In this document: piece after piece, positions 16,520 to 24,502 of the stretch
How the letters are laid out: the number at the start of each line of letters is the position of its first letter
Position numbering within the stretch: the first letter of the stretch is position 1
Virus record (IMG/VR): IMGVR_UViG_3300043449_000705
Span: 1-28,843 of that record
From: a virus
Taxonomy: Duplodnaviria > Caudoviricetes
Strand: one strand, 5' to 3'
Length of the DNA stretch: 28,843 nucleotides
Translations under genes and position numbers: made by a program
Notes under the pieces: generated by a model
Database searches by the model: none
Seen by the model: the letters and a program-made list of their open reading frames with translations, nothing else
What the model was told of the DNA's origin: nothing

Positions 16520-17151
16520 GCGCGCACCGCCAGCAGGGTGGGCTGTGGCGCGTTGTCGGCGCTCGAGGCATTGGCCGAGCTGGTGGCCGACAGGTCTGCC
16601 AGGGCCTGGGCACGCTCGCGCATGGCATCGCCCACGCGCACGCCCTCGTTGCCCTTGACGATCGGTCCGGCCACGTAGGCGGCCAGCAGGTACGACAGCG
16701 CGCTCACAAAGCTGGCCGGGAACTTGGTGGTGTCGGTCACGTCGCGGGTGTAGACCAGCACCGCGTCGGGCTCGTTGCTGTAGAGCACCTCGCCCTCGAC
16801 ATCGAACGGCGCGCTGTCGCGGTCATCGGTGTGCGGGTAGGCGATGCGGTCCTGGGTGAACACCGTCACGGCGACACTCGGGCGCAGGATGCGCAGCGCG
16901 CGCTGGCAGTCGGCGGGTTTGGTGTAGGCGTAGGCCCAGGCGTTGCTGGTGTTGGTGACCTGCGCGAGCAGCTGGCGCTTGAGCGCAAAGGCCCAGTTGC
17001 CGGGCTCGAGCATCTCGGTGCGCGCCTGGTCGTAGAACGTCGCGCAGTGGCCCGCCTCGACGCTGCCATCCGGCGGGCTGATGCTCGAGACGCGCGCCTC
17101 CGAGCCGATGTGGCTCAGGGCCATGTTGCAAATTTGTACGACTGAGGCCAT
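16516..17151 (-). CDS. Tail tubular protein A / head-tail adaptor (T7 gp11-, P22 gp4-like), 211 aa
   Basis: Start moved to ATG 17151 (SD GGAG). MASVVQICNMALSHIG..WAFA..YAYTKPADC..FVSALSYLLA is the typical adaptor signature. Confidence 0.85.
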   Translation of the reverse strand: MASVVQICNMALSHIGSEARVSSISPPDGSVEAGHCATFYDQARTEMLEPGNWAFALKRQLLAQVTNTSNAWAYAYTKPADCQRALRILRPSVAVTVFTQDRIAYPHTDDRDSAPFDVEGEVLYSNEPDAVLVYTRDVTDTTKFPASFVSALSYLLAAYVAGPIVKGNEGVRVGDAMRERAQALADLSATSSANASSADNAPQPTLLAVRA

Positions 17152-17172
17152 GGGGGTTCTCCAATGCCAGCG

Positions 17173-17204
17173 AGTGTAGGGGGCACGTTCAAGGCCACGG
17201 ACAC
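17173..17204 (-). promoter_or_regulatory. Putative phage late promoter copy 4 (tail/ejection operon): GTGTCCGTG-N17-TACACT
   Basis: Conserved motif immediately after the capsid-operon terminator and about 20 nt before the adaptor ATG. Confidence 0.78.
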
Positions 17205-17209
17205 GCAAC

Positions 17210-17242
17210 AAAAAAGGGCACCCGTTGCGCGGGTGCCCTTTT
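17210..17242 (-). terminator. Intrinsic terminator ending the capsid operon (possibly bidirectional)
   Basis: AAAAGGGCACCCG-5 nt loop-CGGGTGCCCTTTT perfect inverted repeat. T6 tract on the minus strand, T4 on the plus strand. Confidence 0.88.
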
Positions 17243-17263
17243 GATGCAGTCAGCGACCGCCGA

Positions 17264-17506
17264 TCAGGCCAGGTCGGCCTTCTCGCTGTGGGCCTGGATG
17301 AAGGTTTTGTCCTCACCCTTGCTCAGTTGCGACAGCGCTTTAGGCTGCGGGCGCGAGGGCTTGGCAGCACTCACGACCTTGGCCGCTTCAACGCTCTCGG
17401 CTTTCACAAACCAGGAGCCTTTGAAGTCGTCAGCCACTTCCAGCTGGTCACCCACGCGAACGCGGGCACCGTTATGGAAGGCTGGCTTGATGGCGGTTAC
17501 CTTCAT
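17264..17506 (-). CDS. Small hypothetical protein of the capsid operon, 80 aa
   Basis: SD AGGAG, GC3-biased codons, and a conserved position after the cement gene in BPP-1-like phages. Confidence 0.72.
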   Translation of the reverse strand: MKVTAIKPAFHNGARVRVGDQLEVADDFKGSWFVKAESVEAAKVVSAAKPSRPQPKALSQLSKGEDKTFIQAHSEKADLA

Positions 17507-17518
17507 GCCGGGCTCCTA

Positions 17519-17965
17519 TTACAGCTGGAACGGCGCGTCAAACGACTTCCAGGTCGCCGGGGCGTTGGTCAGGAAGGCGTTGATCTTGCCTGCCGTCAAC
17601 GCGGCGGTGCCGACGTTCTGCAGGATGCCCAAGTAGCGCTCGTACTGGCCCTTGGGCAGTGCGACCACAAAGGCTGTGTAACCTGCCACCAGGGTGGCTT
17701 TGGCGATTGCAGCCGACTTGGCATGCACGGTGGCGCTGCCGTCGACCGCGATGGCGGCCTGGGCGTCGGAGGCGAGCTGGAACTCCACGGTGGCGCTGCC
17801 ACCCGAAGTCACGGCGGTGTCGACCGTCACGACCAGGTACATGCCTTCAACGTCGTTGACGCCGTCGGTGCCCAAGTCGATCACGTCGCCCACCAGGGCC
17901 AAGCCGGTGGCGGCGGTGCTGAGTGCCGTGGCATCAGCGAATTCATTGCGTTCGTCGAGAATCAT
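17519..17965 (-). CDS. Capsid cement/decoration protein (Bbp16-like), 148 aa
   Basis: MILD..F....DVIDLG..GGSATVEFQL..YERYLG..LTAGKINAFLT jelly-roll signature. Directly after the major capsid gene. SD GGAAGGA. Confidence 0.85.
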   Translation of the reverse strand: MILDERNEFADATALSTAATGLALVGDVIDLGTDGVNDVEGMYLVVTVDTAVTSGGSATVEFQLASDAQAAIAVDGSATVHAKSAAIAKATLVAGYTAFVVALPKGQYERYLGILQNVGTAALTAGKINAFLTNAPATWKSFDAPFQL

Positions 17966-18004
17966 TTTGATGTCCTTCCAAAGGGATTGAGGGTTAGCCG
18001 GGGA

Positions 18005-18028
18005 AGGGTCGGGGATGAGCCCCGACCC
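18005..18028 (-). other. Intergenic hairpin after the major capsid stop (mRNA stabiliser, processing site or weak attenuator)
   Basis: AGGGTCGGG-6 nt-CCCGACCCT 9-bp stem with no U tract on the coding strand. Confidence 0.5.
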
Positions 18029-18038
18029 TCGCCTCGTC

Positions 18039-19046
18039 TTAGACCACGCGGGTTTCGGTGTTGACCAGGGCGTCGGTGCGACGCACGGGGATGTCGTCGA
18101 ACGTCATCACGCGCTTGCCTTCGACGGTCTCCCACGACAGGTTGTTGGAGGTGCGCTCCAAGATGCCCAGGCGCAGGTTCTCGCGGATGTTGCGTGGCAC
18201 GTAGAACGCGGCACGGCCCTTGCCCAAGGCAGGGATGCGCTCGGTGGCCTTGATCATGGCGGTGATCAGCGCCTTCTGTGCGGTGATCGCACCGGCATCG
18301 CCCGCGTTCAACACGCTGAAGTCGATGTTGGCGATGCGCACAAAGTAGCGCCAGTCACGGATGGTCAAGCCGCAGTCCCAGCGGTAGTGGGTGCGGTAGC
18401 CTTCCATACGGCCGCCCGCGCCATCGACGTTCTCGATGGTGACCTGGCCCTTGTCGGTCATCTGCAGACCGCCGATGGAGCCCTTGGGGTAGATGCCGTG
18501 GCCGGTGTTGGGACCCCACACGCACAACCAGATCGACATGTTGTCGGAGCCGGTGCCGCCGAAGTCGATGATGTTGTCGGAGTTCTGCGCAGACAACGAG
18601 TTGAAGCGTGGAGCGAGGCCGGTGAAGGCTTCAGGCTCGGAGCCTTCGTTGCCGTAGAACAGCGTGGAGGCCATCTCCTGGCTCATGCCTTCGATGTGGG
18701 CGGCGTCCTCGGACAAGCGGAACGCAGCGCTGTTGCCGTTCAAATCGGCCAGGGCCTTGTCGACTTCAGCGTAGGCCTCGAGCATACCGGCCGAGTCGGT
18801 CACCTGGGCGGTGGTCGACTTGGTGGGCTGCACGCCGCCGTAGAGCTTGCGCCAGGTCGGAGTGGGCAGGCCGGTGCGGATGGTGGTGCGGTGGCCGGTG
18901 GGCAGGTTGCCTTCGACGAACGACATGTCCTGCAACACGTCGTTGGACGCGTTCAGGATCTCGACGATCGAGGCGATCTTGCCATCGGGGTCCAGACGCT
19001 TGGAGACGTCCAGGAGAGTGGGGTTGTTTGCGGCGAGGGTAGCCAT
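18039..19046 (-). CDS. Major capsid protein (BPP-1 Bbp17 / epsilon15 gp7-like), 335 aa
   Basis: PTLLD..IVEIL..N..LQDM.FVEGN..TGHRTTIRTGLP..WRK..EVDKALADLNGN..FRLSED..IRDWRY.VRIANID..IPVRRTDAL. SD AAAGG. Confidence 0.93.
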   Translation of the reverse strand: MATLAANNPTLLDVSKRLDPDGKIASIVEILNASNDVLQDMSFVEGNLPTGHRTTIRTGLPTPTWRKLYGGVQPTKSTTAQVTDSAGMLEAYAEVDKALADLNGNSAAFRLSEDAAHIEGMSQEMASTLFYGNEGSEPEAFTGLAPRFNSLSAQNSDNIIDFGGTGSDNMSIWLCVWGPNTGHGIYPKGSIGGLQMTDKGQVTIENVDGAGGRMEGYRTHYRWDCGLTIRDWRYFVRIANIDFSVLNAGDAGAITAQKALITAMIKATERIPALGKGRAAFYVPRNIRENLRLGILERTSNNLSWETVEGKRVMTFDDIPVRRTDALVNTETRVV

Positions 19047-19056
19047 GGTGTGCCTT

Positions 19057-19659
19057 TCAGTTCATGTTGGGAAACAGTTTTTTGGCCATGTCGGTCTCGG
19101 CACCTTTGGGGCTGCCGGTCACGAAACGGTCTTCGCTGATCGCTTTGCCGACCTTGAACGCCAGCTTCACGACTTCGGGGTGGTTGCCCAGCCCGGTGCT
19201 GTTCAACAGCGCCTTCAACTCAGGGGAGCCGAAGGTGTCGATGGCTTTGCGTGCGATGCCCAGGTTCTGATCGAGCTTGTCGCCACCGATCTCTTTGTCG
19301 GTCTTGACCTGCTCGGTCCAAGTTTCGACGAGCTGGGCGTGCGCTTCTGCCTGACGGGTGGCCATCTTGGCCCCGATGTCAGCCAGCTTTTGCGCCGCGG
19401 CCTGGTCGAGCTTGAGCTCCTTGGCAATCGCGGTGAACTCCTCGGCAGCTGCCGAGTCGAGCTGAACGCCGTCGGGCATCTTGAGCTCGTACGACTCGGG
19501 CACCACGGGTTCCGTGGGTTTCGGGTCGGTCGTGCTTGCAGTGGTCGACGTTGCCGTCGTGTCCACCATGCCTGCGGTGCTCGCAGCCGTGCTATCAGTC
19601 GTTGTCGGTTCCCCAGCGTCGGTGGAAGGTGTGCTGGTTGCCGCAGTCGTATCAGTCAT
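19057..19659 (-). CDS. Capsid assembly scaffolding protein, 200 aa
   Basis: Thr-rich disordered N-terminus, PESYELKMPDG, AKELKL.Q..AQKL, GLGNHPEVVK...GKAISED. Immediately upstream of the capsid gene. Confidence 0.82.
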   Translation of the reverse strand: MTDTTAATSTPSTDAGEPTTTDSTAASTAGMVDTTATSTTASTTDPKPTEPVVPESYELKMPDGVQLDSAAAEEFTAIAKELKLDQAAAQKLADIGAKMATRQAEAHAQLVETWTEQVKTDKEIGGDKLDQNLGIARKAIDTFGSPELKALLNSTGLGNHPEVVKLAFKVGKAISEDRFVTGSPKGAETDMAKKLFPNMN

Positions 19660-19975
19660 CTTTGGTCTTTCCGTACTCTTTGAGCACTTTCATGAACCCG
19701 TCGGGCGCGGCTTCGAGGAACTCAGCCGTGAGAAACAGGCCGATGTGTCGCTTGCCTTCGTTGAATGCCATGACGCTGCCGCTATGGTTGAACGAGGACC
19801 GATACACGCCCGCCTCTTCCAGCAGTCGCATCGAGATGCGGCGACCTTGGGGGTGACCGAGCAACCACCGAAGATCCTCGAGTTCCTTGCGCCTGAGCTC
19901 GCGCGCCCCCAGCTCTTCGCTTTCGGCCTCGCGTTCTTGACGTCGCAGATCTGTTGGGTCGTTGATAGTTGCCAC
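19652..19975 (-). CDS. Bbp19-like protein, 107 aa (probable leaderless GTG start at 19975)
   Basis: EDLRWLL..PQGRR....LL..AGV...SF......MAFNEGKR.IGL family signature. The ORF-track extension to 20101 overlaps the upstream gene and looks non-coding. Confidence 0.8.
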   Translation of the reverse strand: MATINDPTDLRRQEREAESEELGARELRRKELEDLRWLLGHPQGRRISMRLLEEAGVYRSSFNHSGSVMAFNEGKRHIGLFLTAEFLEAAPDGFMKVLKEYGKTKDD

Positions 19976-19981
19976 GCGGCG

Positions 19982-20013
19982 ATAGTAGTGCCGCGCGTTT
20001 AGCTCACGGATAC
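19982..20013 (-). promoter_or_regulatory. Putative phage late promoter copy 3 (scaffold/capsid operon): GTATCCGTG-N17-TACTAT
   Basis: Conserved motif with one variant base, overlapping the stop of the upstream gene. The -10 is followed by 6 nt and then GTG. Confidence 0.75.
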
Positions 20014-20279
20014 GAGACGATTTCGGCGGCGCGCGCCTCGACCTCGTAGGGGTTGTTGCGGTAGCCGTAGCGCAGTAGCCACCAGCCGTAGCGCAGCGCA
20101 AAACGCACGCGCCCGTCGCGCTCGATCTGCTGCAGGTGGCACAGCTCGTGACGGATCAGGCGGGTGTCGTGTTCGTAGCCTGGCAGCACGTAGACCGCGC
20201 GCCAGAACGAGGCCCAGCCCTCAAACCCGCAGCGGCGCATGTACCAGGCGATCAGGCCGGTGGCGGTGCGTACGGGCAT
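20004..20279 (-). CDS. Small HExxH zinc-metallopeptidase-like protein, 91 aa
   Basis: LIRHELCHLQQ...Y..NPYEVEAR (HExxH plus downstream ExEA). SD AAGGA right after the portal stop. Confidence 0.72.
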   Translation of the reverse strand: MPVRTATGLIAWYMRRCGFEGWASFWRAVYVLPGYEHDTRLIRHELCHLQQIERDGRVRFALRYGWWLLRYGYRNNPYEVEARAAEIVSYP

Positions 20280-20288
20280 GGGGTTCCT

Positions 20289-21977
20289 TTACATCGGTGC
20301 GGGGCTGGCATTGCTGTAGCCCTGCAACGAGGTGAGCACGTCCTGCAGGTTGCCGGTGTCGATCTCGCTGGCGGTCTTGGCCGACTCCACCACCTGGGGG
20401 GCGGTGGCGGCGGCTTGCTGGGCCTGCATCGCGGCGGCGCGCTGCTGGCGGAGTGCTGCGACCTCGCTGTCGGGCACGATGATCTTCGGGTTGACGCCGT
20501 AGGCATCGCCGTAGTCGTCGACGATCTGGTCGAAGTTGAGCTTGTCCAGCACCTCGGGGCGCACGGCAGCCATCTGGCTGACGGTGCCGAGCAGTCGGTC
20601 CATGCCTTGGGTGGCGACCGCACGTTGCGCCTGGGCCAGCACCGAGATGAACTCGACACTGAGCTCCATGCCCTCGAGCTCGGGCGGGGCCTCGGGCAGG
20701 ATGCCTGCACGGGCCGCGTAGTCGAACGTGGTGTCGATCAGCGGGCTCAGGAGCTCGTTGTGCAGGCGCTCGAGCACGGGGCCGAGCATCAGCAGCTTTT
20801 CTTCATGGCGTTCGGCCACCTCAGTGGCGGTGATGCCAGAGCGGGTGTCGTTGGCCAGCATCAGGAACAGATCGGCGTAGTAGGCGCTGCGGATGCGCTC
20901 GCGCACGTCAACAATGTCTTCACGCAAATGCTGCAGGTTCAGGTTGACGTCGAACGCCGAGCGCACGCCCTGGTTGGGACCCATGCTGTCGACGTAGAAC
21001 ACGCCGCCCGGCAGGCGGGCCTTGGCCGCTTCCTTGTACTTGGTGGGCACTTGCAGGGGCGGGTTGACCTGGTAGTCGATCGCCTGGCCCTTGCGCAGCT
21101 GCTGGTGCTGCAGCTGCTTGACATCGCCCAGGCACTCCATGCCGGGGCTGGTGCCGTAGACGTCGTTGCCGGTGACCACCCAGCGCGGGGCCAGCACCGG
21201 GAACTTCTGGAACCCTGACTCGGACAGGAACTGGTCGTTGTTGTCCTTGCCGGGCTCGAGGTAGACGGAAGCAAAGCGCATGTTGCGCCCGTCGCGCTTG
21301 GTGGTGTCGCGGTCCTTGCGCGGCTCGACCAGGTGCAGCACGTCGACCCAGGCGTCGTAGTTGGCTTTGTGGAAGAGGTCGCGCACGGTCTGGCTGCAGT
21401 TGGCCAGGCCAAACTGCTCGACCATTTGCGCGACCGTCATCTGGAACTCGCGGCACAGCGTGTCGACCTCGCCCTCGGCGTTGGTGGCCAGGGCGTACTC
21501 ACCCACGGTGAGCGGGTAGTGGTGGATGACGTTGTTGAAGTTGGGCAGCACAATCGAGGACGCGGTGCCAAAGAGGCCGAGCTCCTCATAAATCGTGTGC
21601 AGGCTGCGGTACGTGTTGGAGCTGGCGAAGATTGCGCGCAGGAGGGTGGCAGTGTCGTGCAGCCAGGTCTTCACCGGGCCGGACTCCATCAGCTCCTTGT
21701 CCTTGATCTCAAGCCGAAACCAGGGGCGCGCAGGGCTCGTGACACCCGACATCAGGCCCGCGGCCAGGGTGCGGGCACCGAACACGGCGGTGTTGTCCGG
21801 GATGTGGTTGGCGCGCTTGTCGCCGCGGTTGCGATCGGTGACGACAAAGCGCCCGGCGCGGGGCTGCTGGTAGTCGCTGATCTCCCGCCAGTGCGTGATC
21901 CAGCTCGAGCGCTCGTTCCACAGCGCGCTCTTGCGCGCCAACAGGCGCTGTCGGCGGTTGATCGGCTGGCCGTCCAT
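20289..21977 (-). CDS. Portal (head-to-tail connector) protein, about 562 aa
   Basis: LAAGLMSGVTSPARPWFRL, RW....DVYG.SPGMECLGD.KQLQ, TATEVAERHEEKL..LGPVLERL..ELL.PLI, EFISVLAQAQR. Start is ATG 21977 (TGATG) or GTG 21980. Confidence 0.93.
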   Translation of the reverse strand: MDGQPINRRQRLLARKSALWNERSSWITHWREISDYQQPRAGRFVVTDRNRGDKRANHIPDNTAVFGARTLAAGLMSGVTSPARPWFRLEIKDKELMESGPVKTWLHDTATLLRAIFASSNTYRSLHTIYEELGLFGTASSIVLPNFNNVIHHYPLTVGEYALATNAEGEVDTLCREFQMTVAQMVEQFGLANCSQTVRDLFHKANYDAWVDVLHLVEPRKDRDTTKRDGRNMRFASVYLEPGKDNNDQFLSESGFQKFPVLAPRWVVTGNDVYGTSPGMECLGDVKQLQHQQLRKGQAIDYQVNPPLQVPTKYKEAAKARLPGGVFYVDSMGPNQGVRSAFDVNLNLQHLREDIVDVRERIRSAYYADLFLMLANDTRSGITATEVAERHEEKLLMLGPVLERLHNELLSPLIDTTFDYAARAGILPEAPPELEGMELSVEFISVLAQAQRAVATQGMDRLLGTVSQMAAVRPEVLDKLNFDQIVDDYGDAYGVNPKIIVPDSEVAALRQQRAAAMQAQQAAATAPQVVESAKTASEIDTGNLQDVLTSLQGYSNASPAPM

Positions 21978-22171
21978 CACTGACCGAGCAAACTCGTTCT
22001 AGCGGTGGTCATGGCACCGGTGGCCACGCCGCTCGGGCCGGTCAGCAACGAGCCGCCCACCATGCCCGCGCGGTTGCGCTTGGCCTTGTCGGTCATGGCC
22101 GCGCTGTCGGGCTGCTTGATCTCTTGTGGAGGTGGGGGTGGTGGCGGAATGTTGGGCGAGCTCATGCACAT
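21977..22171 (-). CDS. Small Pro-rich virion protein upstream of portal (T7 gp6.7/7.3-position analogue), 64 aa
   Basis: MCMSSPNIPPPPPPP...SLLTGPSGV...TSLLGQ. SD AGGAG. Typical pre-portal gene. Confidence 0.78.
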   Translation of the reverse strand: MCMSSPNIPPPPPPPQEIKQPDSAAMTDKAKRNRAGMVGGSLLTGPSGVATGAMTTARTSLLGQ

Positions 22172-22195
22172 AGGGATCTCCTGGGAGTTGCGGGC

Positions 22196-22227
22196 ATTGT
22201 GCTGCGCGTGCTTTGCAACACGGACAC
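22196..22227 (-). promoter_or_regulatory. Putative phage late promoter copy 2 (portal operon): GTGTCCGTG-N17-CACAAT
   Basis: Conserved motif in the terL-to-pre-portal intergenic gap. Confidence 0.75.
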
Positions 22228-22234
22228 CCCAGGG

Positions 22235-23839
22235 TCACATGCGTGCGTAAGGGTCGTAGTCCAGGCTGGGCCGGTCGTTCTCGCCCAGCGCGCGGATGTC
22301 GCGGATCTTGGGTGTGTCCATCAGCGCCAGGATCACGGCGCTGGCTCGGTCGGGTGAGCGCCCCACCCGCTTGACGATGTCGTCGCGGCTCTCGACCTTG
22401 AGGGTCATCCCTGACAGCTCCCAGCGCGGTGCGCATATCTCGGCCAGCAGGTCCTTGTCGGGCGGCAGGGCGATGCCGTTGTCGGCCGCGGGGTCGAGCG
22501 CCTCGCGCAGCTGCCACCACAGCTGTGAGCGCAGGTTGAAGAACGACAGGCGGCCCGACTTATCCAGGCTGGTGGCGCGCTCGGACACGTTGACGCCATA
22601 GACCGGCTGGTTGGTGTCGACCAGCACGTCGTAGGGGCTCGCCCCCACGCCGATCACGTCGATGTGGATGGGCGCATGGTCGCGGTGCCCGGCGATCACC
22701 AGGCCTGCCACGGTGCGCCCGTTGGGGGTCTCGCTGCCGGGGTGCATCTGCAGGCGGTCGAACCACAGCGTGCTGCGCTCGTTGCGGTGGCGGTTGGCGA
22801 TCACGGTCTGGTCCTTGCCGCCCCGGGCCACGTCCACGCCCATCGACAGCAGCTCACCCTTGGGCGAGCGCTCGCGCCAGCGGGCCTGCGCCGCCTCGAC
22901 CCAGGCGGTGGGCACCACCTGCCAGGGATCGTCGCTGATACCGGCCTGGAAGTCGCCCAGCAGCATCTGGCTGCGCAGCGGCTCGGGCAGGGCCTGCAGC
23001 TGCGCCATGTAGCCGGTGGACACCAGGAACGGGTTGTCGGTGATGCGCGAGGGGATGAACGTGCGCGACTCAGGGCGCACGATGTCCTCGGGGCGGTGCG
23101 CCAGGGGGTCGAAGTCATACACCCGGTCATGGCCCCGCAGCACGAACGGCCGTGCGTCGTTGTCGCTGATCCACACGTCCTCGCCCGTCACTGGGTCGAC
23201 GTAGACGTAGCGCAGCGCGCCCGGCTCGCTCGGATACAGCGGATGCTTCTTGTCCAGCCAGGGGGCGAAGAACGAGATCACCCAGCGGCCCTCGGCCGAG
23301 GTCGGTGGGTTGAACGTCAGCAGCGTGCGCGTGCGTTGGCCGGGTCGCGTGGTGCGCACCCAGCCCTTCACAAAGCGCACCTGCTGCTCGAGGAAGTTAG
23401 CCGCCTCGTCGATGACCAGCAGGTCCTTGGGTCGGCCCTGGTACTTGGTCTCATCGCCCAAGTTGGGCATGGAGTTGAACTCGATCTGCCGGTCGTCGTC
23501 GTCGCGGTACACCGGCGGGTTGCCGTTGATGTTCTGCCTCGAGCCCAGGATCTCGGCCAGGCGGTCGATGATGCCCTTGAGCTGCGGACCCTCGCGCCGA
23601 AACACCTGGGTGCGGTGGTGCTGGGTCGTGGCCATGCCGATGGCGAGATCCGTCTTGCCGCCACCGGCAGCGCCCCCGAACCCGATCACGTCGGCCTGGG
23701 AGTGGTAGGCCATGGTCTGCGGGCCAGGCAGTGGCCGCCAGCGGTGCTCGGCCAGGTCGGCGGTGATCAGTGCGTTGAGCTCCTCGCGCTCGGCCGGGGT
23801 CAGGTAGCGCTCGAGGTCGCGCGCTTGGCTCGGCGTCAT
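22235..23839 (-). CDS. terL: Terminase large subunit, about 534 aa
   Basis: PLPGPQ adenine-binding motif, Walker A GGAAGGGKT, Walker B LLVIDEA, TFNPP coupling motif, RNase H-like nuclease GVDVARGGKD..IDVIGVG..SPDRASA. Start set at ATG 23839 (ATGA overlap with the upstream mini-ORF). Confidence 0.93.
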   Translation of the reverse strand: MTPSQARDLERYLTPAEREELNALITADLAEHRWRPLPGPQTMAYHSQADVIGFGGAAGGGKTDLAIGMATTQHHRTQVFRREGPQLKGIIDRLAEILGSRQNINGNPPVYRDDDDRQIEFNSMPNLGDETKYQGRPKDLLVIDEAANFLEQQVRFVKGWVRTTRPGQRTRTLLTFNPPTSAEGRWVISFFAPWLDKKHPLYPSEPGALRYVYVDPVTGEDVWISDNDARPFVLRGHDRVYDFDPLAHRPEDIVRPESRTFIPSRITDNPFLVSTGYMAQLQALPEPLRSQMLLGDFQAGISDDPWQVVPTAWVEAAQARWRERSPKGELLSMGVDVARGGKDQTVIANRHRNERSTLWFDRLQMHPGSETPNGRTVAGLVIAGHRDHAPIHIDVIGVGASPYDVLVDTNQPVYGVNVSERATSLDKSGRLSFFNLRSQLWWQLREALDPAADNGIALPPDKDLLAEICAPRWELSGMTLKVESRDDIVKRVGRSPDRASAVILALMDTPKIRDIRALGENDRPSLDYDPYARM

Positions 23840-23922
23840 AGGTCGAACAGTGACGCGATCCACATGCCCAGCAGCACGCAGGCCGCCAGCACCGGCAGGG
23901 TTTCAAGGACCACCAGGATCAT
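23836..23922 (-). CDS. 28-aa hydrophobic single-pass membrane peptide between terS and terL
   Basis: MILVVLETLPVLAACVLLGMWIASLFDL*. ATGA overlaps with both the terS stop and the terL start. Confidence 0.62.
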   Translation of the reverse strand: MILVVLETLPVLAACVLLGMWIASLFDL

Positions 23923-24464
23923 GCGAGGTCCCCAAAGTCCTTGCGCTGCTGCGCCAGTGCCAGCAGCTGCGCCACGCGCGCTGCCTTGGCGGTCTCGTCG
24001 ATCACCATCGGTGCACCCTCGGGGCCGGTCAGCTCGGTGCGGTCGGCATAGACCTTTTTGCGCCTGCCCTTGAGCACCAGGCCCAGCATGGCGTCGCTGT
24101 GCTTGCGCACAGTGAGCGGGATGGGCTGGCCGTGCTCGTCCAGCGCCATGCGCCAGCGCTCCTCCTTGTGGCCGTCGATGTCCTCGACCTCGTAGCGCTC
24201 GTAGCGATAGGCCAGGCGGCCCTTGTCGATCACAGGCTCCTCAAAGCCCACCACGCCCCGCCTGAAGGCCTCGGCCTCGGCGCGGTCGATCCCCTCCTCC
24301 ATGGCCTCGCGCTCGGCCTCGGCGAAGGCCTCATCGTCACGGGCACGCCAGGCGGTGGTGCGGTCGATGCCAGCCGCCTCGCAAGCGTGCTTGATCACCG
24401 GCACCTGGCGCAGCGCGGCCAGGTAGGCGGGTTTCCAGTCAAAGGGTTTGGTGGTGGTGCTCAT
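23919..24464 (-). CDS. terS: Terminase small subunit, 181 aa
   Basis: N-terminal HTH (ACEAAGIDRTTAWRAR..DEAFA), D.AEAEAFRRGV.G.EEPV, RKHSD.ML..LKG, ELTGPEGAP. Upstream of terL. Confidence 0.85.
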   Translation of the reverse strand: MSTTTKPFDWKPAYLAALRQVPVIKHACEAAGIDRTTAWRARDDEAFAEAEREAMEEGIDRAEAEAFRRGVVGFEEPVIDKGRLAYRYERYEVEDIDGHKEERWRMALDEHGQPIPLTVRKHSDAMLGLVLKGRRKKVYADRTELTGPEGAPMVIDETAKAARVAQLLALAQQRKDFGDLA

Positions 24465-24470
24465 GGTTTT

Positions 24471-24502
24471 ATCTTCGCGCTAAATCATCAGGACACGGAC
24501 AC
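24471..24502 (-). promoter_or_regulatory. Putative phage late promoter copy 1 (terminase operon): GTGTCCGTG-N17-GAAGAT
   Basis: Motif embedded in the last codons of the HTH gene. Weakest -10 of the five. Followed by 6 nt and then the terS ATG, with no SD. Confidence 0.62.

Noticed and set aside
17152-17316. ORF-track N-terminal extensions of the adaptor (to 17316), and likewise Bbp19-like (to 20101), glutaredoxin (to 25297) and methyltransferase (to 27979)
   Set aside because: They run through a terminator, promoters, RNA structure or upstream genes. Internal starts have better signals and family-typical N-termini.
14706-23130. Same-strand alternative-frame ORFs inside nozzle, portal and terminase genes (e.g. 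14706-15374, 20920-21456, 21999-22520)
   Set aside because: Arg/Pro/Ala-rich products typical of off-frame GC-rich DNA. The host frame keeps its codon bias there, unlike at 7922-8086.
23836-23922. Calling the small membrane peptides (also 28204-28353) holins or a lysis cassette
   Set aside because: No endolysin or spanin is visible nearby, and hydrophobicity alone is insufficient.
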